Of a DNA stretch of 64,000 nucleotides, positions 10,756-21,489 are shown one piece after another. This stretch comes from Nitrospirota bacterium (GTDB lineage: Bacteria > Nitrospirota > Thermodesulfovibrionia > Thermodesulfovibrionales > SM23-35). Location: the NCBI GenBank assembly GCA_013388435.1, contig JACAFE010000034.1, positions 476 through 64,475 of the forward strand. The letters run 5' to 3'. Within the stretch, counting starts at the first letter, position 1. Every line of letters starts with the position of its first letter. The notes under the pieces were generated by a model. The model made no database searches. It saw only the letters and a list, made by a program, of their open reading frames with translations, and was not told the origin of the DNA. The position numbers were made by a program, and so were the translations under genes.

Positions 10756-12045
10756 ATGTTCTGGCAAAAAGATATAGAGACTATTGATCGCAAAGAGCTT
10801 GAAAAACTACAACTAAAAAGGCTGCAAAATACTATATCAAGAGCTTCAAAAAATATACCTTTCTACAAAGATATTTTTGCAAAATCAGATATTAAGCCAA
10901 AAGATATTACTTCATTGAGAGATATTGAAAAATTACCTTTTACGAAAACCGAAGATCTTCGAGCAAATTATCCTTTTGGTATGCTTGCTGTGCCTAAAGA
11001 AAAAGTTGTCAGACTTCACACATCGAGCGGAACAACAGGGAAACCAAAGGCAATATTTTTCTCAAAGAAAGATGTTAACCAGGCAGCAGAACTTATTGCT
11101 CGTTGCCTTATAATGACAGGTGTAAAAAAGGATGATGTGCTTCAGAATATGATGACATATGGTTTATTTACCGGCGCTCTGGTAATGCATTATGGAGCTG
11201 AAAAAGTCGGTGTTCTCGTAATTCCTGCAGGTCCGGGAAACACAAAAAAACAGATTTCATTGATGCAGGATTTTAAGACAACCACATTGCATATTACTCC
11301 AAGCTATGCTCTTTATCTTTCAAGCGTAATGAGTAATGAAGGGCTTAACCCTTCTGACTTTTCTTTAAGAAGAGCATATCTGGGTTCTGAACCATATTCT
11401 GAAGAGACAAGAAAAAAAATCGAGTCTTTTTTCAATATTGATGTTTATAATTCTTATGGTTTATCTGAGATGAACGGTCCCGGAGTTGCGTTTGAATGTA
11501 CTGAAAAAAATGGAATGCATTTATGGGAAGACAATTTCATTATGGAAATAATCAATCCCGAAACTGGCAAGACTCTTCCTGATGGCGAAAAAGGCGAACT
11601 CGTTCTAACAACTCTATGCCGTGAAGCAATGCCGATCATAAGATACAGAACAAGGGATATTACGATGATAATACCTGAAAAATGTAGATGCGGCAGAACC
11701 CATCGCAGAATTTCACGTATCATTGGAAGAAGCGATGATATGTTTATTGTCAAAGGTGTCAACATATTCCCTCAACAGATTGAGAGGGTGCTTATGGGTA
11801 TCAAGGCAGTTGCACAGAACTATCAAATTGTTCTTGAATCATATGACCGGATGATTGTCAGGGTAGAAATATCAAGAGAACTTTTTGATGGCAGAGTCGA
11901 GCATCTGGTTAATCTCAAAAATGAAATAGTTGAAAAACTAAGAGCTGAAGTACTGGTAAGACCAGATGTTGAATTGCTCGAACCAGGCACTTTACCCGTA
12001 ACTGAAGGGAAAGCTGTAAGAGTAATAGATAAAAGAACATTATAA
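10756..12045 (+). CDS. paaK: Phenylacetate-CoA ligase family aryl-CoA ligase (copy 2)
   Basis: Start reset to ATG 10756 (MFWQKDIETIDRKELEKLQLKRLQ), right after the iorB stop. Motifs include [25 protein letters not shown] and the C-terminal GKAVRVIDKR. Confidence 0.85.
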   Translation: MFWQKDIETIDRKELEKLQLKRLQNTISRASKNIPFYKDIFAKSDIKPKDITSLRDIEKLPFTKTEDLRANYPFGMLAVPKEKVVRLHTSSGTTGKPKAIFFSKKDVNQAAELIARCLIMTGVKKDDVLQNMMTYGLFTGALVMHYGAEKVGVLVIPAGPGNTKKQISLMQDFKTTTLHITPSYALYLSSVMSNEGLNPSDFSLRRAYLGSEPYSEETRKKIESFFNIDVYNSYGLSEMNGPGVAFECTEKNGMHLWEDNFIMEIINPETGKTLPDGEKGELVLTTLCREAMPIIRYRTRDITMIIPEKCRCGRTHRRISRIIGRSDDMFIVKGVNIFPQQIERVLMGIKAVAQNYQIVLESYDRMIVRVEISRELFDGRVEHLVNLKNEIVEKLRAEVLVRPDVELLEPGTLPVTEGKAVRVIDKRTL

Positions 12046-12057
12046 GAGGAGCACAAA

Positions 12058-12516
12058 ATGGAACAATTAAAACAAGTGTCTATTTTCTCCGAGAACAAAC
12101 CGGGAAAGCTTACAAAAATCACAAAAGTTCTTGCTGATGCTGGAGTCAATATTCTTGCAATAAGCATCGCGAGTTCAAATGGTTTTGGAGTATTAAAGTT
12201 CATTGTGGATGACTGCGACCTTGCATATCAGAAACTTAAACAAAAAGGTTTTACTGTTTCCTTGAATGAAGTCCTTGCAATTGAAATGATAGACAGACCC
12301 GGCGGGCTATATGAGGTTGCATCTGTTTTATCAAAGAAAAAAATCAATGTTGAAAACGCATATGTACTAATTCTTGAATCAAGGAAAAAAGCTTACCTTG
12401 TAGTTGATATAAAAGATATTGAAAAGGCAAAAAAGCTTTTGAAAAATTCCAAATTGAGTTTTTTAAAATTATCAAAAAATTCTTTACTTAGAAAATCGGG
12501 AGGGAATAAAAAATGA
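12058..12516 (+). CDS. Stand-alone tandem-ACT domain protein (copy 2)
   Basis: 152 aa, [44 protein letters not shown]. Its stop overlaps the next paaK start (ATGA at 12513-12516). Confidence 0.8.
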   Translation: MEQLKQVSIFSENKPGKLTKITKVLADAGVNILAISIASSNGFGVLKFIVDDCDLAYQKLKQKGFTVSLNEVLAIEMIDRPGGLYEVASVLSKKKINVENAYVLILESRKKAYLVVDIKDIEKAKKLLKNSKLSFLKLSKNSLLRKSGGNKK

Positions 12517-13811
12517 TCTGGGATAAGCAAGCAGAATGTATGCGGATTAAAGAACGGCAAGCTTTACAGCTTGAAAGGCTGAAAGCAATTGTTAGAAGGG
12601 CATATAAAAACGTTCCTTACTACAAGAAAAGATTTGATGAATTGAAAATTAAACCTTCGGACATAAAAAACCTCTCTGATATAAGAAAACTTCCTTTTAC
12701 CACCAAAACCGACCTGAGAGAAGGTTATCCTTTCGGATTGTTTGCTGTTCCGAGAAAAGAAATTGTTGAAGTCCATACATCTTCTGGAACTACAGGAAAG
12801 CCAACTGTATCAGGATATACGAGAAAAGATATTGAAATTTGGGGAGAAGTTGTTGCCCGGGCATTAACAATGTGCGGAGCAACAAAAGACGATATAATAC
12901 AGAATGGTTATGGATATGGTTTATTTACAGGCGGACTCGGAATTCACTATGGAGCTCAAAGAATAGGTGCAACTGTTGTGCCTGTATCCGCAGGCCAGAC
13001 AAAAAGGCATCTTGATATAATGCAGGATTTTGGCTCTACAATCCTTACATGCACACCTTCTTATGCTTTGTACCTCACAGAAGCTGTTGCAGAGGCCGGG
13101 ATAAATATAAAGAAACTTAAACTAAAAGCAGGGTGTTTTGGCGCTGAGATGTGGACAGACAGGATGAGAGATGAAATTGAAAAAAGATTTCATCTTCTCG
13201 CATTGAATATATACGGACTTACTGAAATAATAGGACCCGGAGTAGCTCAGGAATGTGAACAAAAGAACGGGCTTCATATTTTCGAGGATCATTTTTATCC
13301 TGAAGTTGTTTCACCCGATACACTTGAACCATTACCAGATGGCGAAAAAGGTGAACTTGTACTAACAACATTAACACGTGACGGAATGCCGATGATAAGA
13401 TTCAGGACAAGAGACATTACCGCATTAAGAAGGGAACCTTGTAAATGTGGCAGGACTCTTGTGAGAATGGACAGGATTACAGGCCGTACTGATGATATGC
13501 TCAAAATAAGAGGAGTTTTAATCTTTCCATATCAGATTGAAAAAGCTCTGCTTGAGGTTAAAGGTGTAGAGCCTCATTATCAAATAATAGTAACAAGGCC
13601 TCAACATCTTGATGAAATTGAAGTTCAGGTCGAGACATCCAAGAAGCTGTTCTCCGATGAAATAAAAGGACTCGAAGAGATAAGAAAAAAGATCGAGAAA
13701 CATATCGAAAATTCAATCGGTCTAAGAGTAAAAGTTACCCTGGTTGAACCAAAAACTCTCCCGAGAAGCGAAGGAAAAGCCAAGAGAGTAATCGATAAAC
13801 GTCAATTATAA
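12513..13811 (+). CDS. paaK: Phenylacetate-CoA ligase family aryl-CoA ligase (copy 3)
   Basis: 432 aa with [24 protein letters not shown] and the C-terminal [11 protein letters not shown]. Confidence 0.85.
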   Translation: MIWDKQAECMRIKERQALQLERLKAIVRRAYKNVPYYKKRFDELKIKPSDIKNLSDIRKLPFTTKTDLREGYPFGLFAVPRKEIVEVHTSSGTTGKPTVSGYTRKDIEIWGEVVARALTMCGATKDDIIQNGYGYGLFTGGLGIHYGAQRIGATVVPVSAGQTKRHLDIMQDFGSTILTCTPSYALYLTEAVAEAGINIKKLKLKAGCFGAEMWTDRMRDEIEKRFHLLALNIYGLTEIIGPGVAQECEQKNGLHIFEDHFYPEVVSPDTLEPLPDGEKGELVLTTLTRDGMPMIRFRTRDITALRREPCKCGRTLVRMDRITGRTDDMLKIRGVLIFPYQIEKALLEVKGVEPHYQIIVTRPQHLDEIEVQVETSKKLFSDEIKGLEEIRKKIEKHIENSIGLRVKVTLVEPKTLPRSEGKAKRVIDKRQL

Positions 13812-13822
13812 AGGAGCGTAAA

Positions 13823-14254
13823 ATGGAAGTTAAACAAATATCATTATTTCTGGAAAATAAAAAAGGCAGGTTATGGGAAGCATTGAATGTTCTTGCAAAA
13901 GCAAAAATAAATATAAGAGCCTTATCAATCGCAGATACATCTGATTTTGGAATTTTACGCCTGATAGTGCCTGAACCTGAAAAAGCAAAAAAAGCTCTCG
14001 AAAAAAATAATTTTACTGTAAGAGAAAATGATGTTATTGCTGTTGGTGTTTCAGATAAACCAGGCGGGCTGGCAGAAATTCTAAAAATTTTGACTGATGC
14101 TGATATAAATGTTGAGTATATGTACGCCTTTGTTGAAAAAAGCGGTCAAAAAGCAATAGTTGTCCTTCGTACAGACAGCATAAGCAAGGGCAAAAAAGCT
14201 CTTAAACAAGCTGGTGTTACGGTGCTTTCTGCTCAGCAGGTTTACAGCTTATAG
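13823..14254 (+). CDS. Stand-alone tandem-ACT domain protein (copy 3)
   Basis: 143 aa, [44 protein letters not shown]. By eye it is closely similar to copy 1. Confidence 0.8.
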   Translation: MEVKQISLFLENKKGRLWEALNVLAKAKINIRALSIADTSDFGILRLIVPEPEKAKKALEKNNFTVRENDVIAVGVSDKPGGLAEILKILTDADINVEYMYAFVEKSGQKAIVVLRTDSISKGKKALKQAGVTVLSAQQVYSL

Positions 14255-15845
14255 ATTTCTGTTTTAATTTTGCAAGACGTCTTGTTACAAACACACATGG
14301 CCTGCGGGATATCACTATATTAACTCCGGGAGAATCGAGTTTTTCTCTGAGCAGAGTTTCTGTTTTATTTACTTCATAAGGGTCTATAACTTCTATTGAA
14401 GTTGCCCCGCATGCTTTACAGATTTCTTCAAGCGATACTTTTCCGCCCTCCCGACCTTTTGCTGTTATACCGGTCAAAGGAGTGGGCTGGTGTCCTGTCA
14501 TTGCAGTGGAAGAATTATCAAGAATCAACACAAGGATATTGGCTTTATTGTAAACAGCATTAATAAGAGCCGGTATTCCTGAATGAATAAATGTAGAATC
14601 TCCGATAACCGCAGCCACTCTTTTTACGCCCTGTTTGGCAATTCCAGCAGCCTTGCTAATTCCTGCGCCCATACATAGACATGTGTCAACTATCTGATAA
14701 GGAGGGCTTGCTCCGAGCGTATAACAACCAATATCGCCGGCTGTGAATGTTGGATTTGCTGATTTCAGAGCTTCATAAAGCTTACTATGAGGGCAACCCG
14801 GACAGAGTGCGGGTGGACGTTTCAGCAATGTTCCTGTATCAAGGGTTGTGTTTTCAGGTATTTTCCATCCGCAGACATATTTAGACAAAACATCGGGGCC
14901 AAGTTCGCCTATCATACTTATTTCGCCTGATATTTTACCTTTAACTTTATTTGAATATTTTCTCGCAATCTCTTCAATAATCGGCTCTCCTTCTTCAAGA
15001 ACCCATACCTCATCCATTTTCTTTACAAATTTCTTAATCAATGCTTCGTCAACAGGATAGTAAGAAATCTTAAGAATATCAAAATTATCACCGTATTCCT
15101 TTGCATAAGCATAACCTATTCCACAGGCTATAATTCCTTTTTTTCTTCCGCTACTGTTAATTTTATTCAGCCCTGAATTTTGTCCCCATTTGATCAGTAA
15201 TTCCTGCTTTTTAATTAATTTTTCGTGGCATCTTAAGACATTGCTCGGGACTGCTATCATATTAGCTGGATCTTTTTCGAGCTTAAGAGGATTCTGTTCC
15301 CTGATTCTCCCCAATTTTACAGGTGATTCAGCATGAGAAACTCTCGTAACTGTCCTCAACATTACAGGCAGCCCTGTTTCCTCTGACAGATCAAACGCAG
15401 CAATTGTCATATCTTTTGCTTCCTGTGAATCGCATGGTTCAAAACACGGAATTTTTGCAAATTTTGCATAGAAACGTGAATCCTGCTCATTCTGCGAAGA
15501 ATAAGCACCCGGGTCATCTGCAACTGCAAGAACAAGTCCTCCTTTAATCCCGAGATATGCAATAGTCATCAATGCATCAGATGCTACATTCAGACCAACA
15601 TGTTTCATTGAACATATTGCTCTTTTCCCTGCATATGAAGCACCAATTGCGGTCTCTAAAGCAACTTTTTCGTTTACTGACCATTCTGCATCGCCTTCAA
15701 AATGTTTTGCTATATAGGTAAGTATTTCAGTAGCAGGAGTTCCGGGATAGCTTGTAGCTATAGATATTCCTGCTTCAATTGCTCCCCTTCCAATTGCATA
15801 ATCTCCTAAAAGTAAAACTTCATTGTTATCTTGATTTTCTCTCAC
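14217..15845 (-). CDS. iorA: Indolepyruvate:ferredoxin oxidoreductase, alpha subunit (short form without a ferredoxin-type domain)
   Basis: 542 aa with a GTG start. It has YPGTPATEI, the TPP-domain CPGCPH and GDIGCYTLG motifs. It ends right after ...ISRRPCVF without any CxxCxxCxxxCP motif, and its 3' end overlaps the convergent ACT gene by 38 nt. Confidence 0.8.
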   Translation of the reverse strand: MRENQDNNEVLLLGDYAIGRGAIEAGISIATSYPGTPATEILTYIAKHFEGDAEWSVNEKVALETAIGASYAGKRAICSMKHVGLNVASDALMTIAYLGIKGGLVLAVADDPGAYSSQNEQDSRFYAKFAKIPCFEPCDSQEAKDMTIAAFDLSEETGLPVMLRTVTRVSHAESPVKLGRIREQNPLKLEKDPANMIAVPSNVLRCHEKLIKKQELLIKWGQNSGLNKINSSGRKKGIIACGIGYAYAKEYGDNFDILKISYYPVDEALIKKFVKKMDEVWVLEEGEPIIEEIARKYSNKVKGKISGEISMIGELGPDVLSKYVCGWKIPENTTLDTGTLLKRPPALCPGCPHSKLYEALKSANPTFTAGDIGCYTLGASPPYQIVDTCLCMGAGISKAAGIAKQGVKRVAAVIGDSTFIHSGIPALINAVYNKANILVLILDNSSTAMTGHQPTPLTGITAKGREGGKVSLEEICKACGATSIEVIDPYEVNKTETLLREKLDSPGVNIVISRRPCVFVTRRLAKLKQKSISCKPAEQKAP

Positions 15846-16082
15846 GGTCTATTACCTCATTAATGGTTAAATTAAAGCTATTGTTTTTGCTTTACATTAT
15901 TTTCAGTTTTTTCTTCAGGGCTTGAAAGCCTGTCAGCCCATAAACTTTTAAGCTTTTTCAATATTTTTATAATTAATTCGTAATTATACCACTAATAATC
16001 TTGAATTTGGGAAGAAAAATAATCCTGAATCAAATCCTGATACTTTCATTTCAGTCATTAACAATTGTAAAATATTCATGCT

Positions 16083-16877
16083 ATGGAAGGAATTATAGAT
16101 TTTCATACTCATGCTTTTCCTGACGAACTTTCAGAAAGAGTAATGAAGTTGCTTGAGGATGAGGGAGGCATTAAAGCATGTCTTGACGGAAAGATTTCTT
16201 CCTTGCTGTCATCAATGAATAGTTGCGATATTGAAAAAAGCATAATTTGCAATATCGCGACCAAACCTTCCCAATTTGACTCAATCTTAAAATGGAGCAA
16301 AGAGATAAAAACAGACAGGATAATACCATTTCCTTCCATTCACCCTTATGATCCTGAAGCTATCGAAAAAATTCATATTATAAAAAAGGAAGGATTTAAA
16401 GGAATAAAATTTCATCCTTACTACCAGAATTTTATTATAGATGAAGAAAAACTCTTCCCTGTATATAAAAAAATTTGCGATGAAAATTTAATACTTGTAA
16501 TGCATACGGGGTTTGATTTTGCTTTTCCAAGAATCAGGATAGCTGATCCTGAAAAAATCATAAATATTCTGAAAAAAATTCCCGGATTAAAACTTATAAC
16601 AACCCATCTCGGAGCATGGGAAGATTGGGAAGAAGTAAGCAAACATATTCTCGGCAAACCAATCTATATGGAAATCTCCTTTTCTCTCGAATTCTTAAAT
16701 GATACTGTAAAAAAAATATTCTTTAATCATCCTCCAGAATATATACTTTTTGGCACAGATTCTCCATGGACAGATCAAAGAAACACTCTTTCTTTGTTTA
16801 AAGCACTTAATCTCGGTGAGGAGAAAGAAAAACTCATACTCCGTGAAAATGCTGTCAGACTATTAAACTCAGTCTGA
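16083..16877 (+). CDS. Amidohydrolase-2 family metal-dependent hydrolase (TIM barrel)
   Basis: 264 aa with the N-terminal IDFHTHAFP, then GIKFHPYYQ, VMHTG, THLGAW and FGTDSPW motifs. Confidence 0.7.
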   Translation: MEGIIDFHTHAFPDELSERVMKLLEDEGGIKACLDGKISSLLSSMNSCDIEKSIICNIATKPSQFDSILKWSKEIKTDRIIPFPSIHPYDPEAIEKIHIIKKEGFKGIKFHPYYQNFIIDEEKLFPVYKKICDENLILVMHTGFDFAFPRIRIADPEKIINILKKIPGLKLITTHLGAWEDWEEVSKHILGKPIYMEISFSLEFLNDTVKKIFFNHPPEYILFGTDSPWTDQRNTLSLFKALNLGEEKEKLILRENAVRLLNSV

Positions 16878-16888
16878 AATATTTTTAA

Positions 16889-17611
16889 ATGATTTTAAAT
16901 TCAGGCAAATTTACTGAAAAAAAACTTAGCTTAATCATTAAAAAGGCTTCAGAGAAAAAAGATATTCAACAAAAAATATGCTTTATTTCGCGCAATTTTC
17001 TCGGCACACCTTATAAAAGTTCAACCCTTATTGGCGATAAAAACTCTAAAGAGATATTTGTAATAAACCTTGAAGGCATTGACTGTTTCACCTTTATTGA
17101 TTATGTAGAAGCAATGAGAATCTCTTCTTCATTCGATGAATTCCTTATAAATGTAAAAAAAATCAGATATAAATCAGGCAAAGTAAGTTTTAAGAACCGC
17201 AATCATTTTTTCACTGACTGGAAATATTCAAATAAAAAGTTTATTGATGATGTTACTTTATCTGTTTCGGATAACAAAGCAATATGTATTGAAAAAATAT
17301 TGAACCTGAAAGAAGATGGTTCAAAAATATTAGAAGATATCCCGGTAAAAAAACGAAAGATATTTTATATCCCTTCAAATACTATAAATAAAAGAATTAT
17401 TAATAACTTAAAGACAGGTGATTATATCGGGATCTATTCTGAAATGCAGGGACTCGATGTATCTCATACCGGAATTATAATAAAGAAAAGCAAAAATATT
17501 TTTTTACGACACGCTTCATCACAAAAAAAATTTCGGAAAGTTATAGATAGCGAATTCACAAGTTATATTAAAAAAAAGCCAGGCATCATTGTCTTCCGTC
17601 CAAAAGAATGA
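16889..17611 (+). CDS. DUF1460-like (amidase-like) protein
   Basis: 240 aa. The GIDCFTFIDYVEAMR motif and overall size recall the DUF1460 / N-acetylmuramoyl-L-alanine-amidase-like family. This is recognised from memory only. Confidence 0.4.
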   Translation: MILNSGKFTEKKLSLIIKKASEKKDIQQKICFISRNFLGTPYKSSTLIGDKNSKEIFVINLEGIDCFTFIDYVEAMRISSSFDEFLINVKKIRYKSGKVSFKNRNHFFTDWKYSNKKFIDDVTLSVSDNKAICIEKILNLKEDGSKILEDIPVKKRKIFYIPSNTINKRIINNLKTGDYIGIYSEMQGLDVSHTGIIIKKSKNIFLRHASSQKKFRKVIDSEFTSYIKKKPGIIVFRPKE

Positions 17612-17785
17612 TCGTAAATACTTATCTTCTGGAAATAATGAGTAATAACAACATCATTACTCCTTTGACAAATGTCTGATTGGTTATAGGGAAATAAACT
17701 TTCTTGAATAAGTGAATGAAATTTAAATAATAACTTGAATAAATTGTTCTATTTTATTATTATTAATATAAAAATTGGAGGATAT

Positions 17786-18007
17786 ATGAATAGGGAAGAA
17801 GTTGAAAAAGCACTTGAAGTAGTAAGGCAAGGGCTCAGGCGTGATGGAGGAGATATAGAGCTTGTAGAGATTAAGGATAAAATTGTTTATGTAAGGCTTA
17901 AAGGTGCTTGTGGTGGATGTCCTATGTCAACATTGACTCTGAAAAACTGGGTTGAAGCTTATTTAAAAAGGGAAATTCCAGAGGTAAGTTCAGTACAGGC
18001 TGTATAA
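17786..18007 (+). CDS. NifU C-terminal-domain-like Fe-S cluster protein
   Basis: Start reset to ATG 17786 behind a GGAGGA RBS. The 73-aa product carries RRDGGDIELVEI...LKGACGGCPMS, the NifU-like CxxC motif. Confidence 0.75.
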   Translation: MNREEVEKALEVVRQGLRRDGGDIELVEIKDKIVYVRLKGACGGCPMSTLTLKNWVEAYLKREIPEVSSVQAV

Positions 18008-18038
18008 TCTATTCATACAGGAGGGTTAAGAATCAGAA

Positions 18039-19214
18039 ATGTTTTATAACCTCTCTCTTAAAAGAACATTTATAGTCCTGTCATCTTTATTTATTTCTAT
18101 AATTCTCTGTATTCCCGGAAGAGCAAATTCAGATGTTAAAGTTCAAAATATCAAACATTTTTCATCTCAAGATTACACAAGGGTGGTGATTGAACTTTCA
18201 GGACAGGTAGAATTCAATAAGTGCAAAATCAGCAACCCTGAACGTATATTTTTCGATCTGAAAAATTCATACATAACAAAGGAAATAAAAACTGTTCTTC
18301 CTGTTGGTGATGGAATTTTAAAATCTGTGCGTGCAAGTCAGTACAATAGTGAAACTGTTAGAGTTGTGCTTGATATCGAAGAAATTTCTGACTGGAATTA
18401 TTTTATAATCGAAAATCCGGCGAGATTGATTATAGATTTAAAAGGCAAAAACAAAAAAAGTAACTCTTCAGTATTTCTCGCTAAAAGAAGAATAGTTATA
18501 GACCCGGGACACGGTGGTCATGACCCAGGTGCTGTCGGGCCTAAAAAATTATATGAGAAAAATGTTGTTCTTGATATAGCTCTAAAACTCCGGAAAATTC
18601 TTCAAAAGAATCCCATGAATGAAGTTTTTCTGACAAGGGAATCAGATATATATCTACCTCTCGAAGAAAGAACAGCGATAGCCAACAAGAAGAATGCAGA
18701 TTTATTTATATCAATACACGCTAACGCAAGTCCTAACAGAGAAGCAAGAGGCGTTGAGACTTATCTCTTAAACTGGACAGATGATGAGGAAGCCATGAAG
18801 GTCGCAGCAAGAGAAAACAAAATATCATTGAGAAAAATGAGGGCGATGAAAAAGCAATTCGATATTCTCGAAACAATAAAGACTGATTTAATGAGAGAAA
18901 ACAAAAGAGATGAATCTGTAAAACTCGCAAATTATATTCAAAGATCCATTATTTCCGGTGTTAACGAAAAATATAAAAACATAATAGATCATGGGGTAAA
19001 ACAGGCAATGTTCTATGTTCTTCTTGGAGCCAATATGCCATCTATTCTTGCAGAAGTCTCTTTTATAAGCAATCCTCAGGAAGAAAATCTTCTTTCAAAT
19101 GAAACATACCGTGAGGAAATCGCAAAAGCCCTGGCAGAAGGAATTGATACTTATTTCAAATCATCGCCAGCTATTCAAAAAGTTGCGGAGCTTACTTTCC
19201 ACGGTTTACAATGA
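18039..19214 (+). CDS. amiC: N-acetylmuramoyl-L-alanine amidase with N-terminal AMIN domain
   Basis: Signal peptide, then an AMIN-like region (TRVVIELSGQVEF...PERIFFDL...RLIIDL), then the amidase_3 core IVIDPGHGGHDPGA...SIHANA...GVETY. Confidence 0.85.
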   Translation: MFYNLSLKRTFIVLSSLFISIILCIPGRANSDVKVQNIKHFSSQDYTRVVIELSGQVEFNKCKISNPERIFFDLKNSYITKEIKTVLPVGDGILKSVRASQYNSETVRVVLDIEEISDWNYFIIENPARLIIDLKGKNKKSNSSVFLAKRRIVIDPGHGGHDPGAVGPKKLYEKNVVLDIALKLRKILQKNPMNEVFLTRESDIYLPLEERTAIANKKNADLFISIHANASPNREARGVETYLLNWTDDEEAMKVAARENKISLRKMRAMKKQFDILETIKTDLMRENKRDESVKLANYIQRSIISGVNEKYKNIIDHGVKQAMFYVLLGANMPSILAEVSFISNPQEENLLSNETYREEIAKALAEGIDTYFKSSPAIQKVAELTFHGLQ

Positions 19215-19224
19215 AAGAAATAAT

Positions 19225-19833
19225 TTGCCCCCGGAAATAAGAATTATACTTTATTTGTTATTTGTAGTTTCATTGTTTATCATAAATAATCTGAAAATAT
19301 ATTTTTATGTATTACTTCTGATTGCTGTAGTAGTGCTTTTTATACCTTTCAAACATTTAAAAAAAGGATGGATTTTTATATGTTTTCTGCTTTTTTTTGC
19401 TTTTGTCAGCAATTTATTTTTTCAGAACGGAAGAATAATTTACAAAACAGGCTATTTCTATATCACTGAAGAAGGACTAAACAATGCTTTAATCAGAACA
19501 TTGAGAATATTATTTATGATTGCCGGTGTAAAAATTTTAACTGCCTCAACAGAAATAACTTATCTTATTAAAGCGGTCGAAAGACTTTTAAGTCCTCTTG
19601 AAAAAATTGGCGTGCCTGTAAAAAGTTTTTTCCAGATAACTGTTTTGACATATAAATCACTTCCCGTGATTAAAGACAACATATATTCTTTATACAAAGA
19701 GTCAAAAAAAACAGAAGTGGGATCAAACATCTATAACAAGATTCAAAATCTTGCTGTAATTTTACTGAATTTTTTTATAAACAGCATCAAATCCCCTGAA
19801 AAATTCTTTAAAAAATACAATGGAAATAAGTAA
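19225..19833 (+). CDS. CbiQ/EcfT-like transmembrane protein (orphan; start uncertain)
   Basis: Lies within ORF 19099..19833. That ATG start would overlap amiC by 116 nt, so TTG 19225 is proposed. It is a hydrophobic protein with an EcfT-like segment (RTLRILFMIAGVKILTASTEITYLIKAVERLLSPLEKIGVP). No ECF ATPase is nearby. Confidence 0.45.
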   Translation: MPPEIRIILYLLFVVSLFIINNLKIYFYVLLLIAVVVLFIPFKHLKKGWIFICFLLFFAFVSNLFFQNGRIIYKTGYFYITEEGLNNALIRTLRILFMIAGVKILTASTEITYLIKAVERLLSPLEKIGVPVKSFFQITVLTYKSLPVIKDNIYSLYKESKKTEVGSNIYNKIQNLAVILLNFFINSIKSPEKFFKKYNGNK

Positions 19834-19838
19834 AAAAT

Positions 19839-21473
19839 ATGAAACATATTGATATATTTATAGCAAATGGATTGATCATTGACGGCTCTTTATCTGAACC
19901 TTTTGAGGGATGCATAGCTATTTCAGGAGATAAGATTTCTTTTATTATAAAGAAAAATTCCGCAAAAAATATTTTTAATGCAGATAATTTTATAGATGCA
20001 GAAGGAATGGTTATTTCTCCGGGATTTATTGATACCCACGCGCATTCTGAATTTACTCTCCTTGCAGATCCACGCGCAGAAGCCAAAGTCTGCCAGGGAA
20101 TAACCACAGAAATTAATGGAAATTGTGGGCTCTCAGCAGCTCCCCTGTATGGTGAAGCCTTTGAACATAGAGAATCTGATCTCAAAGAATATTGTATCAA
20201 AGAGAGATGGCATGATTTTAACGAATATTTTATGTTGCTCAAAAATAGAGAACCTGCTTTGAATTTTTTATCTCTAACAGGTCACGGAAATATAAGAGCA
20301 TCTGTTATCGGGTATAAAAATAAAAAACCGGATAGTCTGGAAATGAAAAAAATGCAGGAGCTTCTAAGAAAAAGCTTCACTGAAGGTTCCGCAGGTCTTT
20401 CTACGGGTTTGATTTATCCACCGGGAGTCTATTCGGATACTGAAGAGCTAATAGACTTATTAAATAATTCAGACGTTAATTCAAGCAAAACTGGCATATA
20501 TACTTCTCATATCAGAAGCGAAGGTGACCATCTTATTGAAGCTGTTGAAGAGTTGATCAGAATAGGTGAAAAAACAGGTGTGCCCGTGCATATATCCCAT
20601 ATAAAAACAAATGGTAAGGAAAATTGGCACAAAATTGATGATGTAATCTCTCTGATTGAAAATGCACGTAACAATAAAATTAAGATAACCGGCGACCGTT
20701 ATCCTTATATAGCTTCTTCAACAGACCTTGATACTATTTTACCTTCATGGGCTTATGAAGGAGGGGCTAAAGAAGAATTAAAAAGATTGAAAGACAGTAA
20801 GATTGTCAAGGTCTTAAAGCAGCAAATTATTGACAGACATCCTGAACCGGAATACTGGGAAAATATTACTGTATCATCAGTAGTTAGTGAAAAGAACAAA
20901 TGGATGGAAGGAAAAACAATTTCGCATATCGCAAACAGTAGAAAATTAAATCCCTTAGATGCATTAATAGAATTACTCGTTGAAGAGAAAATAAGGGTTG
21001 GAGCGATTTTTACAGCCATGAATGAAGATAATCTTAAACGCTTTCTTTCATTACCTTATATAATGATCGGGACCGACAGTTCAGCACGTAGTTTTAGTGG
21101 AATTACATTCAGGGGTAATCCTCACCCGAGAGGATTCGGGAGTTTTCCAAAATTCGTGGGCAAGTATGTTAGAGACAAATCAATAATGGAATTAAAAGAA
21201 GCCATATTTAAGATTACCTCGCTTCCTTCGGAAACATTCGGACTGCAAAATAGAGGACTTATTAAAGAAGGATTTTATGCGGATATAGTTATTTTTGATT
21301 ATAAAAAAATTCATGATAATGCAACCTTTGAAAAACCTTTTCTGAAACCATCAGGCATTCAATATGTATTTATAAACGGAAAACCTGTTTTATATGAGGG
21401 CAAAATTACTGGTATCAGACCGGGAAGAATTTTAAAACCCATACCAAAAAGGCTTGAAAATAAAAATAATTAA
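19839..21473 (+). CDS. D-aminoacylase-type amidohydrolase (N-acyl-D-amino-acid deacylase family)
   Basis: 544 aa with SPGFIDTHAHSE, a central HISHIK and a C-terminal ADIVIFD motif, the typical architecture of the family. Confidence 0.75.
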   Translation: MKHIDIFIANGLIIDGSLSEPFEGCIAISGDKISFIIKKNSAKNIFNADNFIDAEGMVISPGFIDTHAHSEFTLLADPRAEAKVCQGITTEINGNCGLSAAPLYGEAFEHRESDLKEYCIKERWHDFNEYFMLLKNREPALNFLSLTGHGNIRASVIGYKNKKPDSLEMKKMQELLRKSFTEGSAGLSTGLIYPPGVYSDTEELIDLLNNSDVNSSKTGIYTSHIRSEGDHLIEAVEELIRIGEKTGVPVHISHIKTNGKENWHKIDDVISLIENARNNKIKITGDRYPYIASSTDLDTILPSWAYEGGAKEELKRLKDSKIVKVLKQQIIDRHPEPEYWENITVSSVVSEKNKWMEGKTISHIANSRKLNPLDALIELLVEEKIRVGAIFTAMNEDNLKRFLSLPYIMIGTDSSARSFSGITFRGNPHPRGFGSFPKFVGKYVRDKSIMELKEAIFKITSLPSETFGLQNRGLIKEGFYADIVIFDYKKIHDNATFEKPFLKPSGIQYVFINGKPVLYEGKITGIRPGRILKPIPKRLENKNN

Positions 21474-21489
21474 GCCAAAAAAAGCAGTC

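Noticed and set aside
16083-17611. Amidohydrolase + DUF1460 pair as a possible toxin/immunity or defence pair
   Set aside because: Nothing in either sequence resembles known toxin, nuclease, NTPase or sensor modules. Both fit ordinary hydrolase families.
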